NCBI GenBank assembly: GCA_002269645.1 | Contig: NIVC01000943.1 | Location: 19,845 to 83,844, forward strand | Direction: 5' to 3' | DNA length: 64,000 bases | From: Macrostomum lignano | Lineage: Eukaryota | Part shown: one piece after another, positions 63,540 to 64,000 of the stretch | Position numbering within the stretch: the first letter of the stretch is position 1 | Layout: each line of letters begins with the position of its first letter | The notes under the pieces: generated by a model | Told to the model about the DNA's origin: nothing | The model's database searches: none | What the model saw: the letters and a program-made list of their open reading frames with translations, nothing else | Program-made: the position numbers and the translations under genes

Positions 63540-64000
63540 TCTCCATTGATGTGCATCCTGGCCAGGCATCTCGGTACAAAGCTGAAGCAGTGATTGTACC
63601 ACTGGAGGCACTTGAGTGACGCTGTCGTTCACTGTTAGATCGGCGAAGCGCATCGACTCGTCCCTTCGATATTCAGCCAGTGTACGCCCAGCGCGAGCTT
63701 CGTTGGATGGATTGATGAAAACTTCGCGGCTGTCGCTGAGTTCACTTTTAATGGCCGCCTTCCATGCGGAGATGGCGCTCTCAACGGGTGTTAAAATGGG
63801 CTGTATCTAGAGAGTCGCCGGAACTCAGCCAGTCCCACAACCTCTTGTAATTCAGCGTCATTATGGCTGCTGACATTATCAAAAATAAGGTATGCAAGTT
63901 GGTGGCGGCCAGACCATTTGAGCGTTACCATCACAATTTGGAGAAATTCAGCGAATTTCTCCTTTGTCATACCGCGAGTGTACGCTTGATAGTGATCAGA
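63540..64000 (-). mobile_element. Second, divergent IS630/Tc1-like transposase remnant (3' part, cut by the window end)
   Basis: Minus-strand translation YLIFDNVSSH..RYSPF(fs)TPVESAISAWKAAIK..C..WY.HCF..VPRCL parallels the C-terminus of the 40844-42390 element. Confidence 0.72.

Overview
Eukaryotic (metazoan) genomic DNA, not prokaryotic. GC-rich exons, GT-AG introns and dense intronic mini/microsatellites suggest a free-living flatworm such as Macrostomum, but that assignment is only an inference from sequence style. Host genes in order: (1) last 3 exons of a uridine-cytidine kinase (+, 2-1668); (2) a tentative 2-exon unknown gene (+, 5773-6927); (3) a complete 6-exon mitochondrial succinyl-CoA ligase beta gene, SUCLA2-like (+, 13432-24338); (4) a 42-aa single-TM small ORF (-, 26771-26899); (5) a 3-exon secreted 12-Cys protein with an ShK-like domain (-, 27297-28391); (6) a class B/Methuselah-like 7TM receptor with an SMB-like Cys-rich ectodomain (-, 30961-33476), whose TATA/Inr promoter is separated from the ATG by a perfect (CTGA)180; (7) a ~9.4-9.6 kb direct tandem duplication (35625-45256 / 45257-54609) containing an EFCAB12-like EF-hand gene, a dead IS630/Tc1-like transposon and a 5'-less, frameshifted SLC4 bicarbonate-transporter gene. 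Mobile DNA: a head-to-tail array of non-autonomous Helitrons carrying satellite arrays and a tRNA-Ser-like module (7677-12540); a decayed PIF/Harbinger; a near-intact 4.6 kb Ngaro-type tyrosine-recombinase retrotransposon with split direct repeats and a SAP-domain gag (58259-62876), inserted into the 3' tail of a Penelope-like element between its GIY-YIG ORF and a hammerhead-ribozyme motif; and a second Tc1-like remnant cut by the window end. Most long ORFs in the supplied track are translations of tandem repeats. There are no CRISPR arrays, rRNA genes or intact tRNA genes. All exon structures and coordinates were read by eye and no database searches were run.
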